Below, piece after piece: positions 39,034 to 48,441 of a stretch of 64,000 nt of DNA. The DNA comes from a virus. The notes under the pieces are model-generated. The model was not told the DNA's origin, ran no database searches, and saw nothing but the letters and a program-made list of their open reading frames with translations. A program made the position numbers and the translations under genes. Positions within the stretch are counted from its first letter, which is position 1. Each line of letters starts with the position of its first letter. The stretch lies in IMG/VR virus record IMGVR_UViG_3300023084_000004. The stretch is one strand, 5' to 3'.

Positions 39034-40448
39034 TATCCCTGTCCTCCCATACGACCCGATCTAGTATCTGAACCAGCACCAGCCCAACCAAACTTATATA
39101 AAGATAAAGTTGTTGTAAGTTGATCTTCTGTACACTGATTTACTACATGAGTCACTAAATATTTTCCACTTAATTGAGGGTTATCTTCAATTTGATTTGA
39201 ACCTTGATTTAATTCTCGTATTCTTACATTTATTACATCACCCGCACCAACGTCAAGGCGGCCGTCAGTTGTTGCAGTTACTGCAGTTGAGTGCATGTGA
39301 TGATTATACATAACTCTTCTTGCAATAATATCTCTAAAATGTTTATCTTCTGGAAAACTTATTGAATTTGAAAAATCTCTGTAATCTCTTATCATCATAT
39401 ATTGTTTTGCGTTTTCATCTGTAAATGTATCATTGGCATATTGTTGAGTATGAATATCTGTAGCCCAACTACTCTTATTACCAGTTACATCTGTAAACTG
39501 AGTTCCTTGTCTAGAATCATTGTATCCATAATTATATCTTCTTGCATGATGCTTAAGTAAGTCTACTTCTATGATTGTATTTCTATATGCACCATTTACT
39601 AATGATTGTGCTGGATTTGATCTTTCACTATTTTTAAATGAAGAAAATGATCTAACTTGTTCTTCCGCATTTTCTGGATCCATATCAACTTGAGCACTAT
39701 AATTAAATTGACTTGTTCTTCTTTGAGATGCGCTGATACCTCTTTCATATAACCATTCGTCACTTACACAATAAAATCCGTCCCATCTTTCAAAAAATCT
39801 CCAAGAAGAAGATGATGAGTTAGTATTTGAATGCGCTCTTTTTAAAAGAAAACCAATTGCCTCCGTAGGCATATAGTCTGGTATAATAACATTAGTATTT
39901 CCTTCTGTATCTTGAAGAATAAATTTTCTTTCGCGATTACCTTGAAGACTCCAAACTTGAGTACCTTCGGGATAAGTTTCAACTCTTGAAGGACTATAGT
40001 CTACTAATCTACTAATATATTGTTCAAATACTTCTTTGCACATAGTAGATATTTTTTTATCTCTAAATGCTTTTAAAACACTTCTTTTAAATCCGGCCCA
40101 ACTTTGTGAGCTTATCCAGTGAATTGTATATGTTGTACCTTTATTAGTATTTGATGCAGCGACATCATTAATCTTATGAACTTGTGCTTTAATTTCTCTT
40201 TTTGTTTGTAAATCAGCACATAAAAATTCTAATTCTAAACTTTCTTCACCTCTTAATGGAAGGCCTTCTAATAAACCTTCATTATCTAATACAGTTATAC
40301 TTCCAGATAATGAAACACTACCTATTCCATGTTCAACATGCCAAGCACCAATAATTGTACTAATATCATGAGACACGGCATTTTCTGCTCCATAAGGAGT
40401 AAGTATAGCTTTTGTTATCTCACAATATGAAGGACTAAAATCTGACAT
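39033..40448 (-). CDS. Baseplate hub protein, gp27-like
   Basis: LPLRGEESL...FFERWDGF...LSGKYLVTHV; position between gp53 and gp5. Confidence 0.6.
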   Translation of the reverse strand: MSDFSPSYCEITKAILTPYGAENAVSHDISTIIGAWHVEHGIGSVSLSGSITVLDNEGLLEGLPLRGEESLELEFLCADLQTKREIKAQVHKINDVAASNTNKGTTYTIHWISSQSWAGFKRSVLKAFRDKKISTMCKEVFEQYISRLVDYSPSRVETYPEGTQVWSLQGNRERKFILQDTEGNTNVIIPDYMPTEAIGFLLKRAHSNTNSSSSSWRFFERWDGFYCVSDEWLYERGISASQRRTSQFNYSAQVDMDPENAEEQVRSFSSFKNSERSNPAQSLVNGAYRNTIIEVDLLKHHARRYNYGYNDSRQGTQFTDVTGNKSSWATDIHTQQYANDTFTDENAKQYMMIRDYRDFSNSISFPEDKHFRDIIARRVMYNHHMHSTAVTATTDGRLDVGAGDVINVRIRELNQGSNQIEDNPQLSGKYLVTHVVNQCTEDQLTTTLSLYKFGWAGAGSDTRSGRMGGQG

Positions 40449-40453
40449 AATTT

Positions 40454-40714
40454 TTATTCAGCGCTAATATTAGCAACAAATTCTTTAGTTATTTGACTTG
40501 TGTATCTGTTATCGAATAAGAAAATTTCTTTTTTGTTTTCGTTTAATGCGTTTTCATAATCAAATAACCTATAAGGTTTCCATTCTTCAGGAATAATACG
40601 TTTAATAATAATTTTACGACCTTGTTCTGTACGCATAATAACACGGTCTTCTCTACGTAAATAAATCGTTCTAAACGATTCAGGTGCTAAAATAATTTCG
40701 TCTACTGCTGCCAT
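40454..40714 (-). CDS. Hypothetical protein (86 aa)
   Basis: ORF track; ends YDYENALNENKKEIFL, resembling the C-terminal part of gp53-type proteins. Confidence 0.55.
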   Translation of the reverse strand: MAAVDEIILAPESFRTIYLRREDRVIMRTEQGRKIIIKRIIPEEWKPYRLFDYENALNENKKEIFLFDNRYTSQITKEFVANISAE

Positions 40715-40717
40715 CTG

Positions 40718-41092
40718 TTATACCTGCCTTACGTAGTAAATAATATTTTCATCATTATCAGGATCTCTTAACCAATCAATAACATCCTCGCCAACCTCTC
40801 CAGATAATTCTGTGTATTTTTCTACAAGGTAATCATTAAATGTTTGAGGATCCATTGGCCATTCATGATAAGGATCAACAATGTTATTTGCCATATAAAC
40901 TAACCAAACATAATCAACAGAACCATAATAGAATCTTGCGACATCTTCAGCGCGCTCACCTTCTTTTACAGTATAAGGATAATACACATAAGGATTATTT
41001 GCAATTGCTCTTTTAAAGGCTGTTCGACGAGTAATATCACGTACTCTTCGACCTTGATAATTAATTATTGGAAATTTTTCGAAGTATTTCAT
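40718..41092 (-). CDS. gp53: Baseplate wedge subunit gp53
   Basis: MKYFEKFPIINY...YTVKEGERAEDVARFYYGSVDYVWLVYMANNIVDPYHEWP. Confidence 0.88.
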   Translation of the reverse strand: MKYFEKFPIINYQGRRVRDITRRTAFKRAIANNPYVYYPYTVKEGERAEDVARFYYGSVDYVWLVYMANNIVDPYHEWPMDPQTFNDYLVEKYTELSGEVGEDVIDWLRDPDNDENIIYYVRQV

Positions 41093-42237
41093 TATGGGTT
41101 TCCTGTTCCTGTTGAAGTAGTTGCTGGTCGTACTGGGTTACCTACTTCTTGAAAATCACTTTCATTTGGAGTTTCAGCTGACGCTGTTGTAACTCCAGAA
41201 GGCAATAATTGTTCATAATCATCTGCAGTTTGAATAGAAAGTTCTTTAAATGATATACTAAGCGTAATAGAAGCTGGTACACCACCTTTAATAATTCCTA
41301 CTTTAGCACCACCACCAGTATAATCTACTGTTACATTATCAATCATACATCTTTTAAATCTCATGAAGTGTTTTTCTTGCACACCTAATAAGCTACATTC
41401 AACAACAGAAGGATATTTTAAAAATGCTTTATCTAATCCTTGAACTCCTCCAATTCCTTCAGTTCGTGGTAACATTTTAGATTTTAAGAAGTTTACAATA
41501 TTTGTAATTTGATCAGTATCTGCTTTATTTGCTGGAAATAAATCCCATTCAAAAGAATACTCTCTTAAGTTAACGCCTTCAAATGCTAATGTTTGTTGAG
41601 GATTAACAACACGACCAGTAACAGCACCTGCAGTTTTTGCAAGATCTCCACTTAAATATTTTCGTGCAAGATATGAACCAATAGCCATTGCTTTACCAGT
41701 GTCAACATTCATTGCATCAGAAATAGCACCAGCAAAAGCATTACCAATTCCATTTTGTGCAGCGTTTTGACCATACGCGAGCGCACTACTCAATGCTTGA
41801 CTTGCCATTTCACCAATATTTTTCATTGCTTGGCCAATATCTTGACCACCTGTTGCTCCAGCAAGGCCCGCAGTTATTCTTTCAACAACGAAATCTCTTT
41901 CAAATGCAGTAACTTGTGTACCCGTATTATCTCTTAAAGTTCTAGGAAATGGAAGTTCAATTGAGCCTGTATTGCTATTTGTTACAGAATTTCTTTCTGG
42001 TACTAGTCCAAGATTTCTATTAGATTGAAATCGTGTTGTACTTGTTGTTGAACCATCATCATTATTTGTAGTAGTGGTACCTAAAGCTGTAGTAGAAGCT
42101 GCAAATTTTTCATAAGAATAATCTTGGAAAATCATTTGAAATCCATGAGGCAATGGTTTACTAGGAAACGAAAAGGTTGTTATCCTTGAATCATTGGAGC
42201 GCCTGAAGCGCACTATTTCTGGCATATTGTTAGACAT
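41092..42237 (-). CDS. gp48: Baseplate tail-tube cap gp48
   Basis: VVNPQQTLAFEGVNLREYSFEWDLFP...LKYPS...FKRCMIDNVTVDY. Confidence 0.85.
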   Translation of the reverse strand: MSNNMPEIVRFRRSNDSRITTFSFPSKPLPHGFQMIFQDYSYEKFAASTTALGTTTTNNDDGSTTSTTRFQSNRNLGLVPERNSVTNSNTGSIELPFPRTLRDNTGTQVTAFERDFVVERITAGLAGATGGQDIGQAMKNIGEMASQALSSALAYGQNAAQNGIGNAFAGAISDAMNVDTGKAMAIGSYLARKYLSGDLAKTAGAVTGRVVNPQQTLAFEGVNLREYSFEWDLFPANKADTDQITNIVNFLKSKMLPRTEGIGGVQGLDKAFLKYPSVVECSLLGVQEKHFMRFKRCMIDNVTVDYTGGGAKVGIIKGGVPASITLSISFKELSIQTADDYEQLLPSGVTTASAETPNESDFQEVGNPVRPATTSTGTGNP

Positions 42238-42276
42238 AGAATTCTCTTTTACGTAAAATTATTTTCCAATAGTTTT

Positions 42277-42311
42277 AATAAATAACATTGGATATCTTTC
42301 AATTATTTATA
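42277..42311. promoter_or_regulatory. Divergent, face-to-face overlapping late promoters
   Basis: AATAAATA on + at 42277-42284 (towards gp4) and exact TATAAATA on - at 42304-42311 (towards gp48). Confidence 0.7.
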
Positions 42312-42332
42312 TGGAGTAGTGAGAAGAATATT

Positions 42333-42791
42333 ATGGCTTATAAGGGTAGATTTCGCCCAAAGAATCCTGCAAAGTACAAAGGAGACCCGACGCGCATAAT
42401 TTATAGATCTTTATGGGAATTTAAGTTCTTTAAATTTGTTGATGAGCATCCTGATACAATATGGTGGCAATCAGAAGAAGTAATTGTTCCATACAGATCA
42501 CCTATAGATAGTAGGATACACAGATATTTTCCAGATGTGATAGTACATAAAAAGAGTCCTGATGGTAAACTACAAACTATTATGATTGAAATTAAACCAT
42601 ATAAACAAACATTACCACCAGATCCAAAAAATAGAAATAATACTAAAACAGGAAGAATTTCAAGAAGGTATCTTAACGAAGTTAAAGCTTTTGGTGTTAA
42701 TGACGCAAAATGGAAAGCAGCAAGACAATTTTGTGCAGATAGAGGTTGGGAATTTGTGATTATGACCGAAAAAGAATTAGGAGTAAGATAG
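42333..42791 (+). CDS. gp4: Head completion nuclease gp4 (TnsA-like fold)
   Basis: MAYKGRFRPKNPAKYKGDPTRIIYRSLWE...HRYFPD...IEIKP...NDAKWKAA. Start placed at ATG 42333 after GAGAAG. Confidence 0.9.
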   Translation: MAYKGRFRPKNPAKYKGDPTRIIYRSLWEFKFFKFVDEHPDTIWWQSEEVIVPYRSPIDSRIHRYFPDVIVHKKSPDGKLQTIMIEIKPYKQTLPPDPKNRNNTKTGRISRRYLNEVKAFGVNDAKWKAARQFCADRGWEFVIMTEKELGVR

Positions 42792-42792
42792 T

Positions 42793-43485
42793 TTGGTAGT
42801 AAAAACAGTAGAACAAATACTTGCAGAAGCAGAAGGGATCTCTGGTAATCCTCGTGGTGCTTCAGTATTTACTGATATATTAGCCAAAGGTATTAGAGCC
42901 GGAGAGGTACCAGCGCGTACTAAAGGTGCACGTGAATGGTACAGAAATGCTGCACAAAGTATTAGTAGAACAGGAAGTGCAGCATCTGGTGTTTCAGGTG
43001 AAGCATTCATAACTTCAGCTTCAAGAGATAGAGAGCGTTCTAAAGCTGCAACAAGATTTATGGTTGGAAACATGTATACGTTTGCGTATGATGCTAAACA
43101 CAAAGAAACACTACCTTATTACGATATGTTCCCTTTAATTTTTCCAATAAATAAAGCTAAAGGCGGATTTCTTGGAATTAACTTTCACTATTTGCCACCA
43201 ATGATGAGAGCTCAATTAATGGATGCTCTTTATGGTGCAGTGAACAATAAAAAATATGATGAAACAACAAGATTAACTGTTTCATATAATATTTTAAATA
43301 CTGCTTCGAAATATAGATTTTTTAAACCTGCAGTAAAACATTATTTAACAAAACAAATAAGATCCAAGTTAGTTTATATTAATCCGTCAGAGTGGGATAT
43401 AGCTTTATTCCTACCGTTAGCAAGGTTTGCAGGTGCAACTAAACAAAAAGTATATGCTGACACAAGAAAAGCAATACGAGGATAA
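42793..43485 (+). CDS. gp2: DNA end protector protein gp2
   Basis: GNMYTFAYDAKHKETLPYYDMFPLIF...GINFHYLPP...KHYL. Confidence 0.9.
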   Translation: MVVKTVEQILAEAEGISGNPRGASVFTDILAKGIRAGEVPARTKGAREWYRNAAQSISRTGSAASGVSGEAFITSASRDRERSKAATRFMVGNMYTFAYDAKHKETLPYYDMFPLIFPINKAKGGFLGINFHYLPPMMRAQLMDALYGAVNNKKYDETTRLTVSYNILNTASKYRFFKPAVKHYLTKQIRSKLVYINPSEWDIALFLPLARFAGATKQKVYADTRKAIRG

Positions 43486-43489
43486 TTGA

Positions 43490-44260
43490 ATGTCGTTTAA
43501 TATTAGTCGCTTTAAAACAACTTTGGATAAATTTGGTGGTCCAGGTCGTTCATCGTTATTTGAAGTAAGAATACCAGTTTTTAAAGTAGAAACATCGTCA
43601 GGTATTACTGAAAGAGATTTTTCTTTCTTTTGTTCAGGTGTTAATTTTCCTGGTATTAATATTGAAACAGGTCAATTCAGTGCAGTAGCACAACTCACAA
43701 CACAGTTTCCCTTAGAAATGTCTAGTCAACCTATTAATGCTACATTCATGGTAGATTCAGATCATCAAGTTTTACAATTTTTCCATAACTGGATTCAAAG
43801 AGTATTGAATTATAGTAGTTCAGGAAACTCATTTTCAGCAATTGATGGAGATTTAGATATTGGCCAAATGCCATTTGAATTAGGTTATAAAGATGATTAT
43901 GCTTGTACAATGAATATAAGACATTATTCAGTAGAAAGTACTGGTACTAAATATTATGAAGTAATACTTGAAAATTGTTTTCCATACGCTGTTGGAGACT
44001 TAGACTTAAACTGGCAAAATACTGATTCTTATTTAACTATGCCAGTAACATTTGCATATGATAGAATACGTTATAGTGGTGATAAAACTGGTATACCATC
44101 AAGAAGAAGTAATGGTGGGATTTTAGAAACATTATCAAATTTAGCCGGATTAGTAGACGTATTAAAACAAACTGCAGATCAGGGTAGACCAACCAGTATT
44201 CAAGATGCAATTAATAGATTAAGCAGAATTCGTAATTCGTATGAAAGATTGGGTGGATAA
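43490..44260 (+). CDS. Tail-tube-fold protein (gp54/gp19-like)
   Basis: FEVRIP...FFCSGVNFPG...LENCFPYAVGDLDLNW...MPVTFAYD. Confidence 0.75.
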   Translation: MSFNISRFKTTLDKFGGPGRSSLFEVRIPVFKVETSSGITERDFSFFCSGVNFPGINIETGQFSAVAQLTTQFPLEMSSQPINATFMVDSDHQVLQFFHNWIQRVLNYSSSGNSFSAIDGDLDIGQMPFELGYKDDYACTMNIRHYSVESTGTKYYEVILENCFPYAVGDLDLNWQNTDSYLTMPVTFAYDRIRYSGDKTGIPSRRSNGGILETLSNLAGLVDVLKQTADQGRPTSIQDAINRLSRIRNSYERLGG

Positions 44261-44297
44261 TCCAAGAGATTAAAATTATATTATAGGAGAATATATT

Positions 44298-44999
44298 ATG
44301 GCGTTGCCAAAAATTGATTTGCCAATTATGGAAATTGAACTTCCATCTACTGGTAAAAAAGTAAAATATAGACCGTTTACGGTTAAGGAAGAAAAAATTC
44401 TTCTTGTAGGTCAATCATCAGAAGATCCTGCACAAGAAATTCTTGCGGCAAAACAAGTAGTAAATAACTGTTTACTTGAAACAGATATTTCAACTCTTGC
44501 AATGTTTGATTTAGAATATATTTTGCTTATACTAAGAGCTCGGTCAGTAAATAACATAATTGAATTTAATATTAAAGATTCAGATACAGGTGAAGAAGTA
44601 ACATTAAATTTAGATATTGATAATGTGAGTTTAACAAGACCGGAAGGTCATGAACGTGATGTAGTTATTAATGATACTTATAGATTAGCTTTAAAGTATC
44701 CAACTATTGATGAATACGTTAAAATGGCTCAAATGGATGAAACAGATCCATTAACAAATTATTTAATGTTATGTACTTGTTTAGATTATGTAGCTTCAGA
44801 AGATGAAGTACACTATTTTAAAGATTACAGCCAAGAACAAATTGACGAGTTTATGGATGATTTAAGTGGTGAGGTAATTCATGGAATTCAAAAATTCTTT
44901 GAAACAATGCCAAGACTACGACATGAAATGCCATACACAAATAAAAATGGTGATAAAAAAACATTTGTTATCGAGGGGATGCGAAGTTTTTTTACATAA
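44298..44999 (+). CDS. gp26: Baseplate hub subunit gp26
   Basis: MALPKIDLP...LPSTGKKVKYRPFTVKEEKILL...FDLEYILLILRARSV...FFETMPRL...IEGMRSFF. Confidence 0.92.
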   Translation: MALPKIDLPIMEIELPSTGKKVKYRPFTVKEEKILLVGQSSEDPAQEILAAKQVVNNCLLETDISTLAMFDLEYILLILRARSVNNIIEFNIKDSDTGEEVTLNLDIDNVSLTRPEGHERDVVINDTYRLALKYPTIDEYVKMAQMDETDPLTNYLMLCTCLDYVASEDEVHYFKDYSQEQIDEFMDDLSGEVIHGIQKFFETMPRLRHEMPYTNKNGDKKTFVIEGMRSFFT

Positions 45000-45175
45000 T
45001 GCTGGTCCATTTGAGACTTGAAAATTATTATCAAATTATTTTCAGCTTGGCCCAGCATCATAAATACAGTATAGACGAAATAGAAAGGTTAATTCCTTAC
45101 GAAAGAGATTTGTATTTTGAAATGTTGGTTAACTGGATACAAGAACAAAATGACAAGGCTAAAAACAAAGGTTAA
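44999..45175 (+). CDS. gp51: Baseplate hub assembly catalyst gp51-like (58 aa); not in ORF track
   Basis: TAATG overlap with gp26. Hand translation MLVHLRLENYYQIIFSLAQHHKYSIDEIERLIPYERDLYFEMLVNWIQEQNDKAKNKG contains the QHHKYS..EIE.L.P.ER..Y motif. Confidence 0.85.
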   Translation: MLVHLRLENYYQIIFSLAQHHKYSIDEIERLIPYERDLYFEMLVNWIQEQNDKAKNKG

Positions 45176-45182
45176 ATAAAAA

Positions 45183-47057
45183 ATGTCACCAGAAACAGAA
45201 GCTATTATAGAACGACTGAAAGCGGAAGGCGATCTGCTGCGTAATAGTGGAACTAATTCTATTAAAGAAGTAAAAGTCGAATTAGGTAAGTTTAACAGTG
45301 TTTTTACAGAACTTAATAAAAGCTTTGATGGTTTAAAAGATGTAGCTAAAGGGCAATCTGAATTAGCAAAACAAGATGCTAAATTAAGAGCAATGTCTGA
45401 AAAAGAACGACAAGCCTTTTATGATAAAGAAGCGCAAATGGCTCAGCGTGAACAAGAGCTTAGAAATCAAGATTTAGTCAAACAAGAAAAAGACCGACAA
45501 GCACGAAAGAGACAAGATAATTTCATTTATAAAAAAATGGATGGATTATTTAGTTGGTTTGGAAAAATGTTTAGTATGATCGGTAAAATTCTATTAGTAG
45601 GTGCACCATTCTTATACAATTTTGCTGTTGGATATCTAAATGAAAAATTTGGATTAGAGTTACCAGATATTGCAACAGGAGCTAAAAACTTTGCAACTTT
45701 TCTTAAAAATACAGATTGGGATGCAGTTGGAAATGCTTTAAAAATAATTGCAGGTGTAGGTGTTGCGGCTTTAGCGTTTAGAGGTGCAATGGTTGCTGCG
45801 ACGGCAGCATTGGCAGCAGGAAGATTTTTAGGTTCCATACCCGGCCGGTTGGCTGGCCGCCCGCGTGTACCAACAGTTAATCCAGGTGTTCCGCCAACTC
45901 CACCGAGAGGAGTTCCTACTACTCCAAGAAACTTTACATTAGATGCTGATGGTAATCCTATTAGTAATAAAACGGGACAAAGATTAACCGGTGCCGCTAG
46001 AAATACTGCATTGAGAATAGCAGCTGAGGACGCTGCAGCAAATAAAAGACCGGGCTTCTTAGCTAGACAAGCTTCAAGATTGCGAGGTCCAGGCCTGGTT
46101 GCAAAAGGTGCAGGTTTTCTTGGTGGTGGTTTAACAGCAGCAGCTGTATTAGGTTTATTTGATGAAGAGAATCTTAGTGCAGATGCATTAGAAGCAGAAC
46201 TTTTAGCGCAAGCAGATAGAGGTAGTTTATTAGATCAAGCCGGTGATGTTTTAGTTGATACAACAATAAGTACTGCAGTTGGAGCTGGTACAGGTTCATT
46301 ATTTGCAGGTGTAGGTGCTTTACCTGGTGCAATATCAGGAGCAATCTGGGGATTTGGTTCTTCTATTGCTACTAAAGCCGGTGAGGCCTGGAGAGATTGG
46401 GGTGATAGAGGTATTGATACATTACCTAATACAGTTGAACAAGCTATAAGAAATCAAGGTGAATTCACAGAAGAAACAACCGCGCAACAAGTTATTGATG
46501 CTTTAACAGCAACTAATGATGTAGCTAATCAGTTCCTTAGAGATACCGCAGAGGAATTCAATGGTATGAATTCTGAAATTGAAAGACTTGAAGCTATAAA
46601 AGCCGCGGGTGCAGCAAATGGAATGTTTAATGTAGGTACTGATGGTAGATCATTTACAGTCGGTGAAGGTCGTTTAGATCGCATGATTGAAGACGCGAAA
46701 GAAGAAAGAGATCTTTTACAATCTCAAAGAGAAGCATCTCAAAATGTTATTGACAGAAGACTTGAAGAAATACAAAGACAACAAGCTGCTATTGATGAAT
46801 ATAATAGACAATTAGCAGAATATAATGAAATTCAAAAACAAAGCCAAGACGCTTTAGCTGAACAAATGGATTCATTGGCAAGTGGAGCCGGTGGTAATCC
46901 TATTATGAATAATTATTATACTCAAGGTGGAACAAACGTATTCAATAATACAAGTATGAGTAAGACTAGTGCAAGTAACGTAACTTCTTACGCACTAGGA
47001 TATGGCGGTGGAAGTAATGGCGGACCAGGATTTATTGCAATACCTGGTTTAGTTTAA
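45183..47057 (+). CDS. Tail length determinator / baseplate hub gp29-like
   Basis: Coiled-coil and hydrophobic Ala/Gly-rich segments; follows gp26-gp51. Confidence 0.6.
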   Translation: MSPETEAIIERLKAEGDLLRNSGTNSIKEVKVELGKFNSVFTELNKSFDGLKDVAKGQSELAKQDAKLRAMSEKERQAFYDKEAQMAQREQELRNQDLVKQEKDRQARKRQDNFIYKKMDGLFSWFGKMFSMIGKILLVGAPFLYNFAVGYLNEKFGLELPDIATGAKNFATFLKNTDWDAVGNALKIIAGVGVAALAFRGAMVAATAALAAGRFLGSIPGRLAGRPRVPTVNPGVPPTPPRGVPTTPRNFTLDADGNPISNKTGQRLTGAARNTALRIAAEDAAANKRPGFLARQASRLRGPGLVAKGAGFLGGGLTAAAVLGLFDEENLSADALEAELLAQADRGSLLDQAGDVLVDTTISTAVGAGTGSLFAGVGALPGAISGAIWGFGSSIATKAGEAWRDWGDRGIDTLPNTVEQAIRNQGEFTEETTAQQVIDALTATNDVANQFLRDTAEEFNGMNSEIERLEAIKAAGAANGMFNVGTDGRSFTVGEGRLDRMIEDAKEERDLLQSQREASQNVIDRRLEEIQRQQAAIDEYNRQLAEYNEIQKQSQDALAEQMDSLASGAGGNPIMNNYYTQGGTNVFNNTSMSKTSASNVTSYALGYGGGSNGGPGFIAIPGLV

Positions 47058-47059
47058 AA

Positions 47060-47083
47060 AAAAGAGGACCGAAGTCCTCTTTT
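47060..47083. terminator. Bidirectional terminator between convergent modules
   Basis: AAAAGAGGAC-CGAA-GTCCTCTTTT; on the minus strand the loop is C(UUCG)G; U-tracts on both sides. Confidence 0.9.
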
Positions 47084-47086
47084 AAA

Positions 47087-47620
47087 TTAAGCGACTAATG
47101 TCGTTTTAACATTCTCTAAATAAGATCTTACAGATTCTGGTGAAGTTTCTCCATAAGGATCTGTTTCACAATCATCAGATTTACCAGGCTCAATAAACAT
47201 CTTTTCAACAACACCATCATTTACAACCATAGCATATCTCCAAGAACGCTTACCGAAACCAAGATTATCTTTTGCAACTAACATATCCATACCTGCGGTA
47301 AATTCGCAAGAACCATCAGGAATAAATGTGATATTTTCTGCTCTTTGATCATTTTTCCAAGCATTCATAACAAAAGCGTCATTACAAGAAATACAATAAA
47401 TTGCATCAATACCTAATGCTGCAAACTCCGGCATTAATGCGTTATAACCAGGTACCTGAAAATTAGAACAGGTTGGAGTAAAAGCACCGGGAAGAGAAAA
47501 AGCTACAACTCTTTTTCCTTTAAAAAAGTCATCGGTAGTTTTATGAACCCATTCAAATTCGGCGGTATCAACATTGCGTTGTCTTAGTTTGAATGTTACT
47601 TGTGGTAAAGTTTTTTCCAT
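47087..47620 (-). CDS. Peroxiredoxin, Prx5/PGdx-N-domain type
   Basis: AFSLPGAFTPTCS...SCNDAFVMNAW...FGKRSWRYAMVVNDGVVEKMFIEPG. Start moved to MEKTLP (47620) after GAAAGG. Confidence 0.9.
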   Translation of the reverse strand: MEKTLPQVTFKLRQRNVDTAEFEWVHKTTDDFFKGKRVVAFSLPGAFTPTCSNFQVPGYNALMPEFAALGIDAIYCISCNDAFVMNAWKNDQRAENITFIPDGSCEFTAGMDMLVAKDNLGFGKRSWRYAMVVNDGVVEKMFIEPGKSDDCETDPYGETSPESVRSYLENVKTTLVA

Positions 47621-47652
47621 AATAAATTTCCTTTCAAAACATGTTATAAAAT

Positions 47653-47675
47653 CGGGAGAGCATTGCACTCTCCCG
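47653..47675 (-). terminator. Hairpin terminator after hsp20
   Basis: CGGGAGAG-cattgca-CTCTCCCG, followed by ATTTTAT on the minus strand. Confidence 0.65.
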
Positions 47676-47683
47676 GATTAAAA

Positions 47684-48130
47684 TTAACCTACTAAGAATT
47701 CTTTCTTATTGTCAATTTTGATTTTTTGTGGTCTTTTCTCTTCAGGAATAATCCTTTCGAGTCCAATGACCAACAAACCATTTTTGAAGTTAGCACCAAC
47801 TACTTTTAAGTCGTCAGCTAATGTAAAACTACGAGTAAATTTCTTTTGAGAAATTCCTTTATGTAGTACTACGGCTTCATCATCAGCTTTATCAGTATCA
47901 ACTGATTTTACTGTAAGAACATCTTCTTTCACTTCAATATCAACATCATTAATGTCAAGACCAGCTAATGCAAGTTCAATAGAGAACTTATCGCCGTCTT
48001 TATTTCTTTTGATGTTGTAAGGCGGGAAGCCTTGTGATTGATGTACTTGTGGGAACTCCACTAATCTGTCAAACATTCTATCGAATCCGACAGCAAAAGG
48101 GGTTAAGTGGTTTATATTTAATCCAGTCAT
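47684..48130 (-). CDS. hsp20: Small heat-shock protein (Hsp20/IbpA-like)
   Basis: FAVGFDRMF...FPPYNI...IELALAG...LHKGISQKKFTRSFTLAD...NGLLVIGLERIIPEEKRPQKI. Start MTGLN with AGGAG SD. Confidence 0.92.
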   Translation of the reverse strand: MTGLNINHLTPFAVGFDRMFDRLVEFPQVHQSQGFPPYNIKRNKDGDKFSIELALAGLDINDVDIEVKEDVLTVKSVDTDKADDEAVVLHKGISQKKFTRSFTLADDLKVVGANFKNGLLVIGLERIIPEEKRPQKIKIDNKKEFLVG

Positions 48131-48219
48131 TTTTTTATCTCCTATTAAGCTAGATATTAATATTTGAAGGTATTTACCCTTCACCTTTTCGTATACCCTT
48201 TCGGCGTATACAAAACTAT

Positions 48220-48369
48220 TTATTCAACTTCTTTATTATTCGCAATAAAATTTTTAATAAAATTTCGTACTTCTCTAGATGCAGAAGTATCGATATCTTT
48301 ACAAAGTTGAATGAATTCTTTCTTTTGTTCTTTGTTTATTTTCACTAATAAAGTGTCATCTTTTTTCAT
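48220..48369 (-). CDS. Small ribbon-helix-helix (CopG/Arc-like) DNA-binding protein, 49 aa; not in ORF track
   Basis: Hand translation MKKDDTLLVKINKEQKKEFIQLCKDIDTSASREVRNFIKNFIANNKEVE: beta-strand LLVKI, helix, (D/G)-turn TSAS, helix. Confidence 0.7.
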   Translation of the reverse strand: MKKDDTLLVKINKEQKKEFIQLCKDIDTSASREVRNFIKNFIANNKEVE

Positions 48370-48373
48370 AATT

Positions 48374-48391
48374 TTGTCACCTAATTGTCAC
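48374..48391 (+). promoter_or_regulatory. Pho-box-like direct repeat TTGTCAC-CTAA-TTGTCAC
   Basis: Two identical 7-mers with 11-bp periodicity in the divergent intergenic region. Confidence 0.5.
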
Positions 48392-48398
48392 ATAGTTG

Positions 48399-48406
48399 TA
48401 TAAATA
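48399..48406 (+). promoter_or_regulatory. T4-type late promoter TATAAATA
   Basis: Exact match 36 nt upstream of ATG 48442. Confidence 0.65.
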
Positions 48407-48441
48407 AAAAGTATATACAATATATTTACAGGAGAAATACA

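Noticed and set aside
42333-42791. TnsA-like nuclease as a transposon or homing endonuclease
   Set aside because: Sequence and position (next to gp2 and gp53/gp48) match the core T4 gene gp4; no terminal repeats or transposase partners.
47621-48441. Longer upstream starts given by the ORF track for prx (47668), hsp20 (48184) and ORF 48385
   Set aside because: The extensions run through terminator, hairpin or promoter sequence; downstream ATGs have good SD sites and match family N-termini.
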